This document shows, piece by piece, positions 1 to 12,474 of a stretch of DNA of 64,000 nt (the stretch's first letter is position 1; each line of letters opens with the position of its first letter). The translations under genes and the position numbers were made by a program. This stretch comes from Rebecca billardiae RCC1528 (taxonomy: Eukaryota; Protista; Haptophyta), in the NCBI GenBank assembly GCA_965240325.2, contig OZ251229.1:1488001-1552000 (forward strand), read 5' to 3'. Below the pieces are notes generated by a model. The model worked only from the letters and a program-made list of their open reading frames with translations. It did no database searches and was not told the DNA's origin.

Positions 1-1323
1 GCATCGGCGACTCGTGGATGACCGGGTTCAACGTCGACCCCAAGGCCGCGAGCAACATCAAGCAGCCTTTCGCGGACTACCGCGGCGGATCGTGGGGCTG
101 CGGCGATGGCATCATCTCGGCTAGTCGGACCGTCGAGACCCTTGGAACGCTCTTGAGACGATTCAACCCAAAGCTCGAGGGCTTGTCGCGCGGCATTCAC
201 GACTACGATCGCATCGACCCCTGCACAGCGCGCAGGTGTGCACATGCACGTGCGACCGAGCGCCGCGCGTGCGGCTTGGCCGGCGCGCCCGCTGACGGCA
301 CAGCACTCTCTGGGTGCGCACCGGGTGCTGTGCCCCGCGCGGCTGCTGCCCGCGCAGGCACCTGTGCGGGCTCAACGCGGCGATCGACGGCGCGTCACTC
401 ATCCACGGCCGTGGCCCCGACGGGCTCGACAGCCATCTAAACAGCTCTCTGCTCAGGCAGGCGATGGACCTGCGCCGATGGATTGACGCGGAGAGACCGC
501 AGCTGCTGGCGCAGTGGAAGGTGCTCACACTCATGCCGTCGTGGGGCGATCAGGTGCGTGACGCGCGCCGGCATCGCAGCGCCGCGCGCAGCACTCACGC
601 CCGCCCCTGTGCTCATCACACGCGCTCCATGGCGCGCATCGCGCATGCGGCCGCCGGCAGTGGTGGTCCTTGCGAAGCGTACCGTTCCTTCGCGGCTGCT
701 TACGCGAGCTGTTCCATTATATGCGCAGTCACCTGCCCATGACGTACGTCAACCTGATCGCCGTGAGCGAGCACCCCTCCACCATCGATGAGATGCTCGC
801 GAGGGACCCGTGGTGCCAGCTGCGCGTGACGATTTGGAAGGCGCAAGCGTTCCTGCTGCAGCAGACCGCCTTCAACACGAACGCGGGCGCGGACGCGTAC
901 GCGCTGCGCATCAACGACGAGCTGCGCGAGGTTGCGAAGCTGTTCGACGACGGCAAGCGCTTCATCGTGCGCTTCCGCCCGGTGATGCTCGGCTTCACCT
1001 TCCAGCGCCGGCTGATGGAGCGGTCGACCTGCTTCCACCCGAACGCCCTGCTCGTCGAGAGCCTCGCATTCGGCGTTCTGCAGAACATGCTCACGAGGAG
1101 CCCGGCGAAGCAGCTCCGACGACTGCCTACCTTCGACGTCGGGCCAGAGGCGCGGCCTGTTGACAGTGCCAGCGTGTTGACGCAGAGGTGGAGATTGTAC
1201 GACGCATTCAGGCAAGCCGTGCTCAGCATCGGCACCGTCAACGACAACGACACCGTCAACGGCACCGCCGGTATGAGTCCCAGCGTCGTTGGCAACAGTG
1301 CCGTCGGTGGCATACTTTACTGA
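1..1323 (+). CDS. GDSL/SGNH lipase, phospholipase B1-like (5' end outside window); exons <1-235, 358-553, 661-1323
   Basis: IGDSWMTG (GDSL motif) at the window start; GT-AG introns 236-357 and 554-660 join the frames (R-HLCGLNAAIDGA; WGDQ-WWSLR); C-terminal CFHPN motif. Confidence 0.75.
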
Positions 1324-1543
1324 CGACACCTCGGGTACCGCTGCGGAAGCCTGTAAGTCGCGCGGAAACTCCGCCCGCCGGCGCCGGCCGATTCGTCGGA
1401 TCGACGCGCCGAACATGAGATGATGAAATCGATGCTGTCCTCATCATCAAATAAAATAAAATGGTGGGTCGTCATTATTAACCCCTCCGACGACGAGCGC
1501 GTGCGCGCGACGGTGCGCGAGGCCTGTCGGAGAGCAGGGCAGG

Positions 1544-2404
1544 ATGATGCGCATGGTGTCCGCGACGGCGGCGCGACGGCTGTCGTCGACGGCAGCCGCG
1601 AGCGGCGTGGGCATGGCGGCCAGGCGTGTGCGTCCACCGCCACCTGTCATCGACGACCAGGAGTATCGCGTGGCTCGGGTCATCTCCAGCCACCTCCGGC
1701 GCCCGCCGCCGAAGCGTGCTGCGTTCGCCGCATCACAGCAGCACGACCCGAGCTCCTCTGCCCCGGGCGATGCCGCCGCAGCCGCACCAGCGACGAGCGC
1801 AGCGCCACGGCCGAGCAAGCGCTGGCACTACAAGCCGACCGTGAGGCGAGCCGGAGATCACGAGCCGGACACTGTGCGCGTACCGATCGGCGATCAGAAG
1901 AGCTACTGGCCACGCGACGACTTTGAGACGATGATCTCGGACATGCGCACGACGATCGGGCGGAGCCTGCACATCCCGCGCGAGAACGTGCGCTTCCAAG
2001 TGAACCTCACCCCGGTCCCCATCGACTCCAAGGCGTGCGTCGTCAGCCCCAAGCGGCCCGGGCTCCCGCGCGCGAAGCTGGTCGCTTCCTTCATCGGCGA
2101 GCAGATCGAAGCGGGCCGCGTTCGAGACGCCGGGACCAGCCGCAACATCTCGGCGCTCTCGCGCGAGATCTACGGGGCATTCGGCCCGGACACGGGCAGG
2201 CGGCACTACATGCTAGGCATCCGCATACAAGTCTCGGGCCGGCTCGGCCAGGAGCGCGCCGCGGTCACGCACGTCACCCAGGGCCGGCTGCCGCTCTCAA
2301 CGATCGACATGGACATCGACTACGCCTTGTTCCACGCGCGCACGAGCACAGGCGTGGTGGGCGTCAAGGTCTGGATCGTACCGGCGAGCTCGGGCGAGCC
2401 GTAG
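1544..2404 (+). CDS. rps3: Mitochondrial-type ribosomal protein S3 (uS3 C-terminal domain) with N-terminal presequence, intronless
   Basis: GIRIQVSGRL...QGRLPLSTIDMDIDYA...TSTGVVGVKVWI matches uS3-C; Arg/Ala/Ser-rich, acid-free N-terminus. Confidence 0.8.
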   Translation: MMRMVSATAARRLSSTAAASGVGMAARRVRPPPPVIDDQEYRVARVISSHLRRPPPKRAAFAASQQHDPSSSAPGDAAAAAPATSAAPRPSKRWHYKPTVRRAGDHEPDTVRVPIGDQKSYWPRDDFETMISDMRTTIGRSLHIPRENVRFQVNLTPVPIDSKACVVSPKRPGLPRAKLVASFIGEQIEAGRVRDAGTSRNISALSREIYGAFGPDTGRRHYMLGIRIQVSGRLGQERAAVTHVTQGRLPLSTIDMDIDYALFHARTSTGVVGVKVWIVPASSGEP

Positions 2405-4017
2405 GGTGCTGCGCAGTGACGAATCGCTCGCCAGCGCGCCGCCCGGGCGGCGCCCAGCTGCAGCGCCAGACCACATTACTACACTATGTCGCGCGCGGCT
2501 CGGCTCACAGCTCCCGGTGCCAGTCAGTCCGTGCGTGACAGCGTGTCACGCGGAATCGTGAGACTGGGAGTCGGCGGAGACGGGCGCCTTCTGACTTGTC
2601 GACCACTCTCACTCCACGTTCACGACCATCGTGTGACCGGTGACGCGCCGTGAGGCAGACTCAGGCAGTGCCGGCGTGAAAATTGACTATGTACTATTTA
2701 TTATTATTATAGCAGTAGCTTCTTTATTATAAATATTTATATATATAGCTTAGTAATTAAGTCGTCATCAATAAGCATCATCAGGATTATTACTGCAATA
2801 CTGCGGATGGCGCGGCCGGCGGCATTAGTATAAGGCGACGACAAGCAGTATACTGAAGTAGCCGTCAGCCACGGGATCACCCGCCTTAAAGTCCGAAGAT
2901 TAATGTCTTCTGAGTGAGTCTGTCAGGGTCACTCATCATCTGGCAAACGCCAAACGGCCAGGCCCGCGCTGCCAGTGCTCTGCATGCTGACCTTTGCGGG
3001 GGCATCAGGCCACGCGAGGGGAGACCGGTATCGCGATCCACTATGGCATATGTCCCGTATACTGTCTGTAATCGACTAATGACCCCACTGACTCCGAAGT
3101 CGTGAGTCTTTGACTATCTAACAAAATGTTGGCTGCGTGGTTAGCCGTGCGTCGTGCGACCGCCAGTCCCGAGTCCGAAACGGCTGTCGTGCAGTTCTAA
3201 CTGCCAGAAGTGACGACCAGTGAGCAGCAAACTGCCGAATGCGCGTCGTCACTCGTCATTGACTGACTGAGACTGAGTCACTCGGCGTCACGGCGTGTGC
3301 GCGCCTCTACCTGTCTGAATAACAGCGGGGCGTGGTCTAAACGCACCGGCGGCACGGCATGGCTAGCACTGTAGCACTAGCAGTCAGCAAGCTCAGGTTA
3401 GGGCCACTAAGTATGAGTAGACGAGTAGTAGCAGACTTACACTGTATCTGGGACCACGCCACGCGAATTTGGCGACCTCGCCACGGCTCAATGACCGTCC
3501 AGAGCGGCACGACGTGCCGCACTCAGTACTCACCTGGCCAGCACCATCGAATAAACGGACCCGCCACGCCGTCTGGACGTACCGCAATTAAAAATTGCTG
3601 CGCACCCGAGCGGCGAGCGCGAGAAAATCGCTGCGCATTTCATCACGAGATTACGCACGCGCGCGATGATGTGTGCTGGCGTGCGAAAACACATCGCGGC
3701 CGTCAATTCCAGAGCCTGGCCCACCGGCACGGTGGACCCAACGGTGGCCCAAGACCCAAGAGATTCTCGAAGCTACGACAAATGAAGCTTATTTTTAGGA
3801 GCCGAACGCCGGGCTCACTCATCAACAGCTCATCAGAGGGTTCAAGATCACTAAGCAGGACGGTTCAACCCGGCCGCGGCAGTGAGTACCTCTTAAATCG
3901 CCGGACTGTCGGTGGTCGCCACTTCAGGCCTCATCAAGCGCATCGTGAACCCCACGCCCCACCGCACGGCCTGCGGAATCAGGAGACGCTGTGCTCGCAC
4001 GCCTTCTTACGTCCATC

Positions 4018-5576
4018 ATGCGCCGTCAGCCCGCCACGCCAGCGCCGGCACCCGGGGCCGAGTCGGGGCTCGCGGCGGTCGTCACGAGCGTTCTGGAGTC
4101 GCCACACGCCATGCTGATTGTCGCGGGCGGGCTGCTGCTCACGTTCCTCGCCTTCATCACCGTGAACGTTGCGATCTGCGGCTTCATTTACCTGCGGAAC
4201 AGCAAGCGAGGCGCTGCGGAGGAGGAGGAGGAGGAGGAGCGGCCGTACCGTGCGACGAAGGCGAGCTACAAGCCGTACAAACCGCCGAAGCGCACAAAGC
4301 CGGCGCCAAAGCCCGCAAGCAGCGACGACGCCTCCTCGGAGGACGAGCCCGCGCCCGCACCGCGCAAGCCGCAGGGCAAGCCGCTGCCGCCTATTGCGGC
4401 GCCCATCCCGCAGGGCAAGGCGCCGACGAAGGGGAAGGCGAAGGCGAAGGAGACGCCGCGTGGCGGGAAGGAGCTCTGGCAGGCCGCGGCGCAGGCGGCC
4501 AAGCTCGAGGTCAGCGCGACCGCGAGCAGCGAGGAGAAGATGGCGTCGAGCTCTGACAAGCTGCTCAACCTGTGGACTAAGACCATCGACAACGCGATGG
4601 AGGCGCACCAGAAGCGCAACTCGGAGATCAAGCAGCTGTCGCCGCAGGAGGTGCGGACGAGCGCGCGGTGCGAGTGTTGGCGCGTGCGTGCTTGCAGCGG
4701 CATGTGCACGCCTGCTCACCGCGCCTTCCCGCGCGCGCACGCGCCCCGCCTGCCCCGGCGCCTGCCTGGCCCCTCCCCGCCCACCTGGATCGCCCACGTG
4801 GATGGCGCAGCTGCTGGACGATCTGAAGCGCGGCAACACGCGCTTCTGGACGGGCGCGGCGGAGCGCCCCGAGATGGACGCCACTGCGCGCCGCGCGCTC
4901 ATCCACGAGCAGGTGCCCAAGGTGGCGGTGCTCGGCTGTGCCGACTCGCGCGTGCCGATTGAGATTGTGCTCGACCAGGGCCTCGGTGCGTGCCCTGGCC
5001 GTGCGGGGCGGCGTGGCGCGGCGTGGCGCGGCCCTCCGTGCGTGAGGAGAGACGCGCGTGTGTGCGCGGGTGGAAGGAGGGCGCTGCGTGCGTGTAGCAT
5101 CCCGCTCACGCCGCGCGCCCATCCCGCCCCCCGCCACCCACCGCCCCGCAGGCGACGTGTTCGTCTCGCGCAACGCGGGCAACCTGTACGGCGACAAGGT
5201 GGCGGGCACGATCGACTACGCGGTGCACCACCTGGGCATCAAGCTGGTGGTGGTGATGGGCCACCAGGGCTGCGGCGCGGTGAAGGCGTCGCGGTTGCCC
5301 CGCGAGGACATCAACAAGGAGCCCAAGTGCCTCAAGAAGATGCTGATCAGCATGAAGGACTCGCTCGAGTACTGCAGCGAGACGCTCGACAACATGGCCG
5401 ACGCCAACGCGCGCGACCGCGAGGCGGTGATCGCCAACGCGCAGGCGCAGGTGACGAAGATGCTCGCCGACCCGCTGATGAAGAAGAAGGTGGACGCGGG
5501 CAACCTCATCATCGTTGCCGCGTTCTACGAGATCACCTCGGGCATCGTCGACTTCATCGAGCCGCTGGAGTCCTAA
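4018..5576 (+). CDS. Beta-class carbonic anhydrase with N-terminal TM helix; exons 4018-4650, 4811-4985, 5152-5576
   Basis: LKRGNTRF, CADSRV, GDVFVSRNAGN and HQGCGAV motifs after splicing two GT-AG introns; hydrophobic segment LIVAGGLLLTFLAFITVNVAICGFIYL. Confidence 0.9.
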
Positions 5577-5986
5577 GCGTCTCCGGTGGACGGCGACGCG
5601 TAGCGCACTACCATCTTACCATGCGGCCCAAGCGCGACGACTCGTCGCATCTGACTCTGTGTCTGTGAGTAATGTCTGACAGTAATATTATGACGGGGCC
5701 ACCTGGTACCAGGAAGCGGGTGGGCGCAGCCTCTCCGGTCGTAGTCGGGCATCGCATCTGTAAATCATCCTCTGCGGATTCGGGACGATCATCATCACTT
5801 ACAGAGTTACAGAAATCAGAATATACGGAGCTCATCAATATCTCAGAATAAGTCACACTCACTGTCGTAACGTCAGTCGTAACTCGTATGACTGCCAAGC
5901 TATAGTTAAATATCGGATTTTAATATCGCGCGCGCGATGATATGATGAAATGATATGATGAATTCGAATCATGTCGATGATGAATA

Positions 5987-6075
5987 ATGACGTCGCCAAT
6001 GACGACCTGATCAGTCGCGAATACGGAATAAGACGCGCGCGTCTTATTCGTCGCGACTAGGATTGGCGACGTCAT
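5987..6075. repeat. Interrupted palindrome (MITE-like)
   Basis: Blocks ATGACGTCGCCAAT, AGTCGCGA and GAATAAGACGCG are each mirrored; the left arm carries extra short insertions. Confidence 0.8.
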
Positions 6076-6435
6076 GCCGATGCGATGATGCAGCGCCATC
6101 AGTCGTCTACCGCAGTAGTATATAGGCTATAGCGCTAGACTCTAGAGTTACCGTTTAAAATATTGATGACCGTACAGCGGCGCTACGGAGTTTATACCGT
6201 TTAAAATATTAATGAATAAACGGCCCGCCATAATGACCGTACAGCGGCGCTGTCACTCAGCGCACCGTTGAGTCTGCGCTCTCTCCATGACGGTCGTCTC
6301 TCTCGATCTCTCTCTCGTATAGCTTATCTGCTATAACTGATACGATGGTGATGATGCTGATGTCTGATGACGCAGATGACGACATCAGTCACATCACCGC
6401 GGCCTGCCGCGCCCTCACATCGTCGAGCGGTCGAG

Positions 6436-8626
6436 TCAGAGCTCGTCCTTCGCCTCCTCCCCGGCCGCTGCCGCAGGTGCTCCATCACCAACCTCGTCTT
6501 CCCCATCATCCTCATCACCGCCGAGCTCGCCGTCTGCGTCCAGGTCCAGCTCCTCGTCGGTCGCCCCCTCCTCGTCCTCCTCGCTCTTCTTCTCCTCGGG
6601 CTTGGGCTTGTACTTGTCCATGATGGGCTTGGTGGCGTTCTTGAAGCGCTCAGCCTCGGCATCGATCTCCTCTATCGGCGTGTCCGTGCCGCGCGCGCTC
6701 AGCCAGCTGCGCGAGGTGGCGATCTCGTCGAGCACTGCGCGCTTGTCCTCCGCGCTGATCTCCGCACTGATCTTCTCGTCGTCGTTCACCTCGTACTGCA
6801 CATCGCGCGTCGACATCTCGAGGTTGTGCAACGCCATCGCGATCTTCTTCGCGTTGGCGTCCTCCTCGGCGAAGTCCTCCGCGTCGCGCGACATGCGCTG
6901 AATGTCCTCCTCTGACAGCTTGACCGCGCCAGTGACCGTGATCTCGCCCTCCGTATTGGACGTCTTCTCCCGGGCGGAGACCTGCGCGCGCACACACGCA
7001 CACACGCACGCACGCACACAACGCACGCACGCAGGGAGCGGCGGTGCGCGGCGCCCAGGCGGCCATCAGCCACACGCTCGGCGTGCGAGCCGGGCGCACG
7101 GGTGCGGGCGGGCGCACCTTGAGGATGCCGTCCGCGTTCACGTCGAACGTCACCTCGATCTTCGCCTCGCCCTTTGGCATCTTGGGGAAGCCGGAGAGCT
7201 CGAACTGGCCGAGCAGCCGGTTGTCTTTCACCATCGAGCGCTCGCCCTCGTACACGCGGTTGGTCACTGCGGTCTGGCCGTGGTGCGAGGTGGTGTACTC
7301 CTTCTTCTTGGAGGCGGGGATGCGCGTGTTCCGCGGAATCAGCTTGTCCATCACGCCGCCCGTCGTCTCGAGCCCGAGCGTGAGCGGCGCGATGTCGAGC
7401 AGCAGCAGGTCGGTCGTGTGCTTGTCGCGCACGCCGCCGAGGATCGCACCCTGCACGGCGGCACCAAACGCGACCGCCTCGTCCGGGTTGATGCCCTTGT
7501 TCGGCTCGCGCCCGTTGAAGTACTCCTTGAGCATCGCCTGGATGCGCGGGATCCGCGTCGAGCCGCCAACGAGCACCACCTCGTCGATGTCCGCCTTCTT
7601 CATGTCCGCGTCCTCCATCGCCTGGCGCACGGGCTGCAGCGTGCGCTTGAAGAGCTCCGAACACAGCTCCTCGAACCGCGCGCGCGTGATCGTCTCCGAA
7701 ACGTCGACGCCGTCGGCGATCGAGTCGACCTCGACGCGGACAGAGTGCTGCGTGCTGAGCACGCGCTTCGCCCGCTCCACCTCGTGCCGCAGCTTCGACA
7801 CCGCCTGCTTGTTTCCGCTCAGGTCGAGCTTGTGCTTGGCCTTGATCGCCTTGAGCATGTGCACCAGCAGCGCCGTGTCAAAGTCCTCGCCACCGAGGTG
7901 CGTGTCGCCGTTGGTGGAGAGCACCTCAAGGATGCCCGAGTCGATGGAGAGGATGGACACGTCGAGCGTGCCGCCACCCAGGTCGAAGACCAGCACCGTC
8001 TGCACGCCCTCCTTCGTGTCGAGGCCGTACGCGATCGCGGCGGCAGTCGGCTCGTTGATGATGCGCGCCACCTCGAGCCCGGCGATGGTGCCCGCGTCCT
8101 TGGTGGCCTGGCGCTGTGCGTCGTTGAAGTACGCGGGGACCGTGACGACCGCCGATGTGACCGGCTCGCCGAGGAACGTCTCGGCCGTCTGCTTCATCTT
8201 CTGCAGCACCATCGCCGAGACCTCGGCCGCCTCGAGCCGCTTTGGCTCGCCCTGCACCACCACCTCCACCGCCGCCTGCCCGTTGCTGTCGACCACCTTG
8301 AAGGGGAAGAAGGCGGCGTCCTTTTGCACGTCCGCGTCGTCGAACCCCCGGCCGATCAGCCTCTTCGCGTCGTAGATCGTGTTCTGTGGTCGCAGCGGCG
8401 CCTGCACGCGCGCAGCGTCACCCACAAGCGTGCCCTCCTCCGTGAACGCGACCACAGAGGGCGTGACGCGGTTGCCCAGGTCGTTCGGGATGATCTCGAC
8501 GCCGCCATTCCTGTACACGCCCACGCACGAGTACGTCGTGCCCAGGTCGATCCCCACGATCTCGCACCACGCCGCGGGCGCGGCGAGCGCGAGCGCGACG
8601 AGACAAACTCGGCGGCGCATCGGCAT
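6436..8626 (-). CDS. BiP: ER Hsp70 chaperone BiP/GRP78; exons 8626-7118, 6981-6436
   Basis: Signal peptide, [31 protein letters not shown]; intron 6982-7117 (GT-AG); C-terminal KDEL. Confidence 0.97.
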
Positions 8627-8852
8627 GGCGGGCGTCTCGATCCGCGCGCAGCGCTCTTCCCGGAAAATCCTCCCTCTCAACGGCAGGTGCCTGCCCAGCA
8701 AACAAAACCACGCCGTGCCGTGGGTCGCAGTCTGAAATTCATGCGTGGCTCGCACGATGGCAGCCGCTCTGGTGTGGCCAATATTAATTGATGATGGATT
8801 TCTCATCAGCATTTCTTGATTGCCCCCCGCATCACTGGCGACGGGCGCGTCG

Positions 8853-10055
8853 ATGATGCTTCGCGCGTCCATGCTGCTTGCGGCCTGCGCGTCGGCGCAG
8901 GCCGCGGCGACCGTGGGCGTCGGAACGCCTTCGTCGCCCGTGCTCGCAGGCTCGGCACTCGCCTCGACCGATCGGGCCAAGTCCGACCTGATGATCCGCG
9001 CGGCGCGCGGCGAGCGCGTGGAGCGCGCACCCGTCTGGCTCTTCCGTCAAGCGGGCCGCCACCTGCCCGAGTACCAGGCGTACAAGGAGGCGCGCGGGCG
9101 CAACTTCCTGCAACTGCTGGATGACCCGCGCGACGTCGCCGAGGTCACCCTCCAGCCCCTCCGCCGCTACGACCTCGACGCCGCCATCCTCTTCTCTGAC
9201 ATCCTGGTGGTGCCGCAGGCGCTGGGCGTGCAGGTCACGATGCCCGGCGGCAAGGGGATCCAGGTGCCTTCGCCGCTCGCCTCGCCGGCGGATGCGTCGG
9301 CCCTGCTCGCGCGCAACGCGAACGTCGACGTGCGCGCCGGCCTCTCCCACGTCCTCGAGTCCGTCTCCCTGATCCGCGAGCGGCTCGACGGCAAGGTGCC
9401 GCTGATCGGCTTCTCTGCGGCGCCGTGGACGCTCTTCTACTACATGGTGGGCGGGAGCATGCGCAAGAACACGGAGTCTGGGGAGACGTGGCTGCGGGAG
9501 CACCCGAAGGAGTCGGCGGCGCTGCTCGACCTGCTCACCGACGTCGTCGTCGAGTACATGTCCGCGCAGATCGATGCGGGCGCGCAGCTCGTGCAGCTCT
9601 TCGAGGCGATGGGTGAGCACATCTCCAGAGAGTCGATGGGGCAGCACGCGCTGCCGAGGATGCGCAAGATCGTGGCGGAGCTCAAGGCGCGGCACCCTGA
9701 CACGCCAATCATGGTCTTCTCGCGCGACGCGACGTACTGCAACGACGAGCTCATGGACGCCGGGTACGACGTGGTCACGCTCGACTGCTCGACCGACCGC
9801 GCGGCCGCGCGCGCGGCCGCACTTGCGCGCGGCCGCTCCGTGCAGGGGAACCTCGACCCCTCGCTGCTGCGCCGCGCGGAGGGCGGGAGCGAGGAGCGTG
9901 TGCGCGCTGAGACCGAGCAGATGCTCGCCGCTCTCGGCCCGGACCGCTACATCGCCAACCTCGGCGCGGGGCTGATGGGCACGGAGGACCCTGTGCTGTG
10001 CAGCACCTTTGTGGACGCGGTGCACGAGCTCAGCGCCAAGATGCTCGCCGCATGA
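8853..10055 (+). CDS. hemE: Uroporphyrinogen decarboxylase with N-terminal signal-like extension
   Basis: [44 protein letters not shown]. Confidence 0.95.
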   Translation: MMLRASMLLAACASAQAAATVGVGTPSSPVLAGSALASTDRAKSDLMIRAARGERVERAPVWLFRQAGRHLPEYQAYKEARGRNFLQLLDDPRDVAEVTLQPLRRYDLDAAILFSDILVVPQALGVQVTMPGGKGIQVPSPLASPADASALLARNANVDVRAGLSHVLESVSLIRERLDGKVPLIGFSAAPWTLFYYMVGGSMRKNTESGETWLREHPKESAALLDLLTDVVVEYMSAQIDAGAQLVQLFEAMGEHISRESMGQHALPRMRKIVAELKARHPDTPIMVFSRDATYCNDELMDAGYDVVTLDCSTDRAAARAAALARGRSVQGNLDPSLLRRAEGGSEERVRAETEQMLAALGPDRYIANLGAGLMGTEDPVLCSTFVDAVHELSAKMLAA

Positions 10056-10407
10056 GCCGCGAGGCGCGCCGCGCGCGCGACGAGGCGGGCGACGATACGT
10101 GCCGGGCTGGCACGCCGCATAGTGCCGTCCGGCGGCGGCGCACGTCTCGGCCGCAGCGGGACGAGCGCGGATTAGCAGCGTCTGCATGACACTCATTATG
10201 ATTAAACCCAACATCATCACTGATGAATTATCAGTATAGCTATGAGCCATATGCCCATCATGATCAGATTGATCAATGATCACTAGCAGTGGCATCATGA
10301 ATAAGTATAAGACATGATCACGCGGGACCGCCGCTCTTCGGCACAAGCACGAGCAGCAATGAGCGCAGGCCACTGATGAGTACGATGGCGTCTAGTAGAA
10401 GTAGATA

Positions 10408-12363
10408 TCAACCGCCGGCACATCCATGGTGGCATAGCACAGGCGAGGATGATGCCGCCGTCGACGCGGCAAGGTCGCAGCGAAGCTGACCGCCCGCGCG
10501 CGCACTCGCGCCGGCGCGCAGCAGCTCAGCCAAGCGCTCGAGCGCTGCTGCTGATCTGTCTGTACGCGACGCGTGCACTGCAAAGGCAATGTCGTCGAGC
10601 CTGCGCTCGGCTGTGGTCACGTTCATGCGCTCTGGCTTCGGCGCGGCGGTGGTGTTGCCCAGCTCACCAAGCGCGCGGCACGCCGCCAGCTCGTGCGCCC
10701 GCACCTGCGCCCAGTGCACCTTCTGCCACCCGCCGTGAGCGTTTTTGTGGGTGAAGGGCGAGCGCACGTGGGCGACGCGTGCCGCGAGGGGCAGGATGAG
10801 CGTGGCGGGTGCGCGCCAGCGCTGCTGCAGCTCGGCGACGTCCGTCGCGAGCTGCCACTGCTCCGACGGGGGCTGCGCGCACAAAGCCATCGGCTGCGCC
10901 CGCGCCGGCTCGAGGACGAGGAAGAGCCGGCCTGCGTCTGCGCACGCCGTCGCGTCCAGCGGCCCCGACCAGTCGCTCACGTTGAGCTCCCGCGCGAACA
11001 AGTGGGGCGTGCGCGCCAGGACGAGCTCGCCGGCAGCGGGGAGCACCGCGGCCTCGTATCCGAGGGCTCGGAGTGCCGGCAGCACCAGCGGCAGCGCCTC
11101 CATCAGCGTCCCGAACGCGAGCTGGTCCGCCCTCGCCGCGCCGCCGCCCTGGGTGCCGCCGCTGCGCACGCGCTCTGGCGGGCGCGTGAGCACGGCTGGC
11201 GGCACGAACTCGTCGGCGAAGCCGTTCCAAAAGTCGGGGGCGATGCCGAGGCCGTTGCGCATCGCGAGCGCGCTTGTCAGCGCCGATGCGGGCGAGCGAC
11301 GCGCCGCGAGCGAGCGCATCGAGTACAGCTGCAGCGCCTCGACGTCGATGCCGCCCGCCTCATACACGCCCGCACCAAAGAGCGCCGGCGCGTGCCGCGT
11401 GTCAAACAGCAGGTGGAGCTCGTTGGCGCGCACGATGGCGGCGCCGTGCACACGGCACTCGGCGCAGGCGAGCGCGCGCGGCGAGTACATGCACTCGACC
11501 CCGTGCGCGCGCAGCCGCCCCACGAATCCACCCAGCATCGACGCGTTGTACAGCAGGGCGTGGTCCTCTGCAAAAGTGGACACGTCCGACACCCACGGGG
11601 CGGACAAGGCGAGCCCGGCCGGGCGGGTGCCGCTCTTGATGGGCCGGTTGGAGCGGGGCGGGACCTCGACGCCGTGGGTCTGAGCGCCTTCGAGGGTCTT
11701 CCGGTTCGACGGGAGCATGCTGTTCACGATGTACGTGTTCACGGCGAGCAGCGGCGCGTGACTCGCCGCCTTCAGACCGCCGCCTGTCTGCGAGCACCTG
11801 TTCCGATCCGCGTGCGAGCCGGTTTGTGACGCGCGGTGCGCGGTGTCGGCGAGCAGGGTGTGCAGCATGCGCTCGATGATGGTCTGCATCGACAAGTGCC
11901 ACGCATGCCAGACGGGGAGCGGGTGCAAGTCGCAGTCCATCGACGCGAGCGCGGGCACGTCAGGCCACAGCCGCAGCGCGATTGCCTGTGCGAGAACGTT
12001 ACCCGAGATCCGATCGAGCTCCACGAGCGTCGCGCCGCGCGTGGGCGCGGAGGAGAGCACCTCGCGCGCGTGCAGGACGCGCGCGAGCTCGTGCCCGAAC
12101 ACGTACGCGGTCTCCCAGCGCGGGTCCAGGAACCGGCCGAGCGAGTGGCAGCCGAGCACCAGCTCTCTGTGCTGCACAACAACTGCGAGTGGCAGCGGCG
12201 CCGGCAGCCGGCTCGGCTCGGCCGCCGCGTGATGGGTGAGCCCAACAACGCCCAGGTCGGCCAGATCGGCCACGGCGCGCACGCCCAGTCCCTGCGCCGT
12301 CGAGATGACGCTCGCAATCGTCATCAGGCGCCCGGCATTGGCGCGCCTGGTGAGGACCGCCAT
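10408..12363 (-). CDS. Hypothetical protein, possibly glycosyltransferase-like
   Basis: Long ORF with gene-like composition; candidate DxD motif (SMDCDL); divergent from the next gene; family call weak. Confidence 0.5.
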   Translation of the reverse strand: MAVLTRRANAGRLMTIASVISTAQGLGVRAVADLADLGVVGLTHHAAAEPSRLPAPLPLAVVVQHRELVLGCHSLGRFLDPRWETAYVFGHELARVLHAREVLSSAPTRGATLVELDRISGNVLAQAIALRLWPDVPALASMDCDLHPLPVWHAWHLSMQTIIERMLHTLLADTAHRASQTGSHADRNRCSQTGGGLKAASHAPLLAVNTYIVNSMLPSNRKTLEGAQTHGVEVPPRSNRPIKSGTRPAGLALSAPWVSDVSTFAEDHALLYNASMLGGFVGRLRAHGVECMYSPRALACAECRVHGAAIVRANELHLLFDTRHAPALFGAGVYEAGGIDVEALQLYSMRSLAARRSPASALTSALAMRNGLGIAPDFWNGFADEFVPPAVLTRPPERVRSGGTQGGGAARADQLAFGTLMEALPLVLPALRALGYEAAVLPAAGELVLARTPHLFARELNVSDWSGPLDATACADAGRLFLVLEPARAQPMALCAQPPSEQWQLATDVAELQQRWRAPATLILPLAARVAHVRSPFTHKNAHGGWQKVHWAQVRAHELAACRALGELGNTTAAPKPERMNVTTAERRLDDIAFAVHASRTDRSAAALERLAELLRAGASARAGGQLRCDLAASTAASSSPVLCHHGCAGG

Positions 12364-12474
12364 TGCAAGCGGATTCGGGACCGCCCTTGCGTTTCGTCCG
12401 CCACCGGTCGCGACCGAGGATCTGCGGATCTGCGGCTCCTCCACCGCCGACACACGGTGGCGAGCGGGCCCGCC

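Noticed and set aside
8740-8790. ER-stress element (ERSE) upstream of BiP
   Set aside because: CCAAT and CGTGG are present but not in the CCAAT-N9-CCACG arrangement
10373-10402. Hammerhead ribozyme core (CTGATGAG...)
   Set aside because: No GAAA after a credible stem II and no flanking stems
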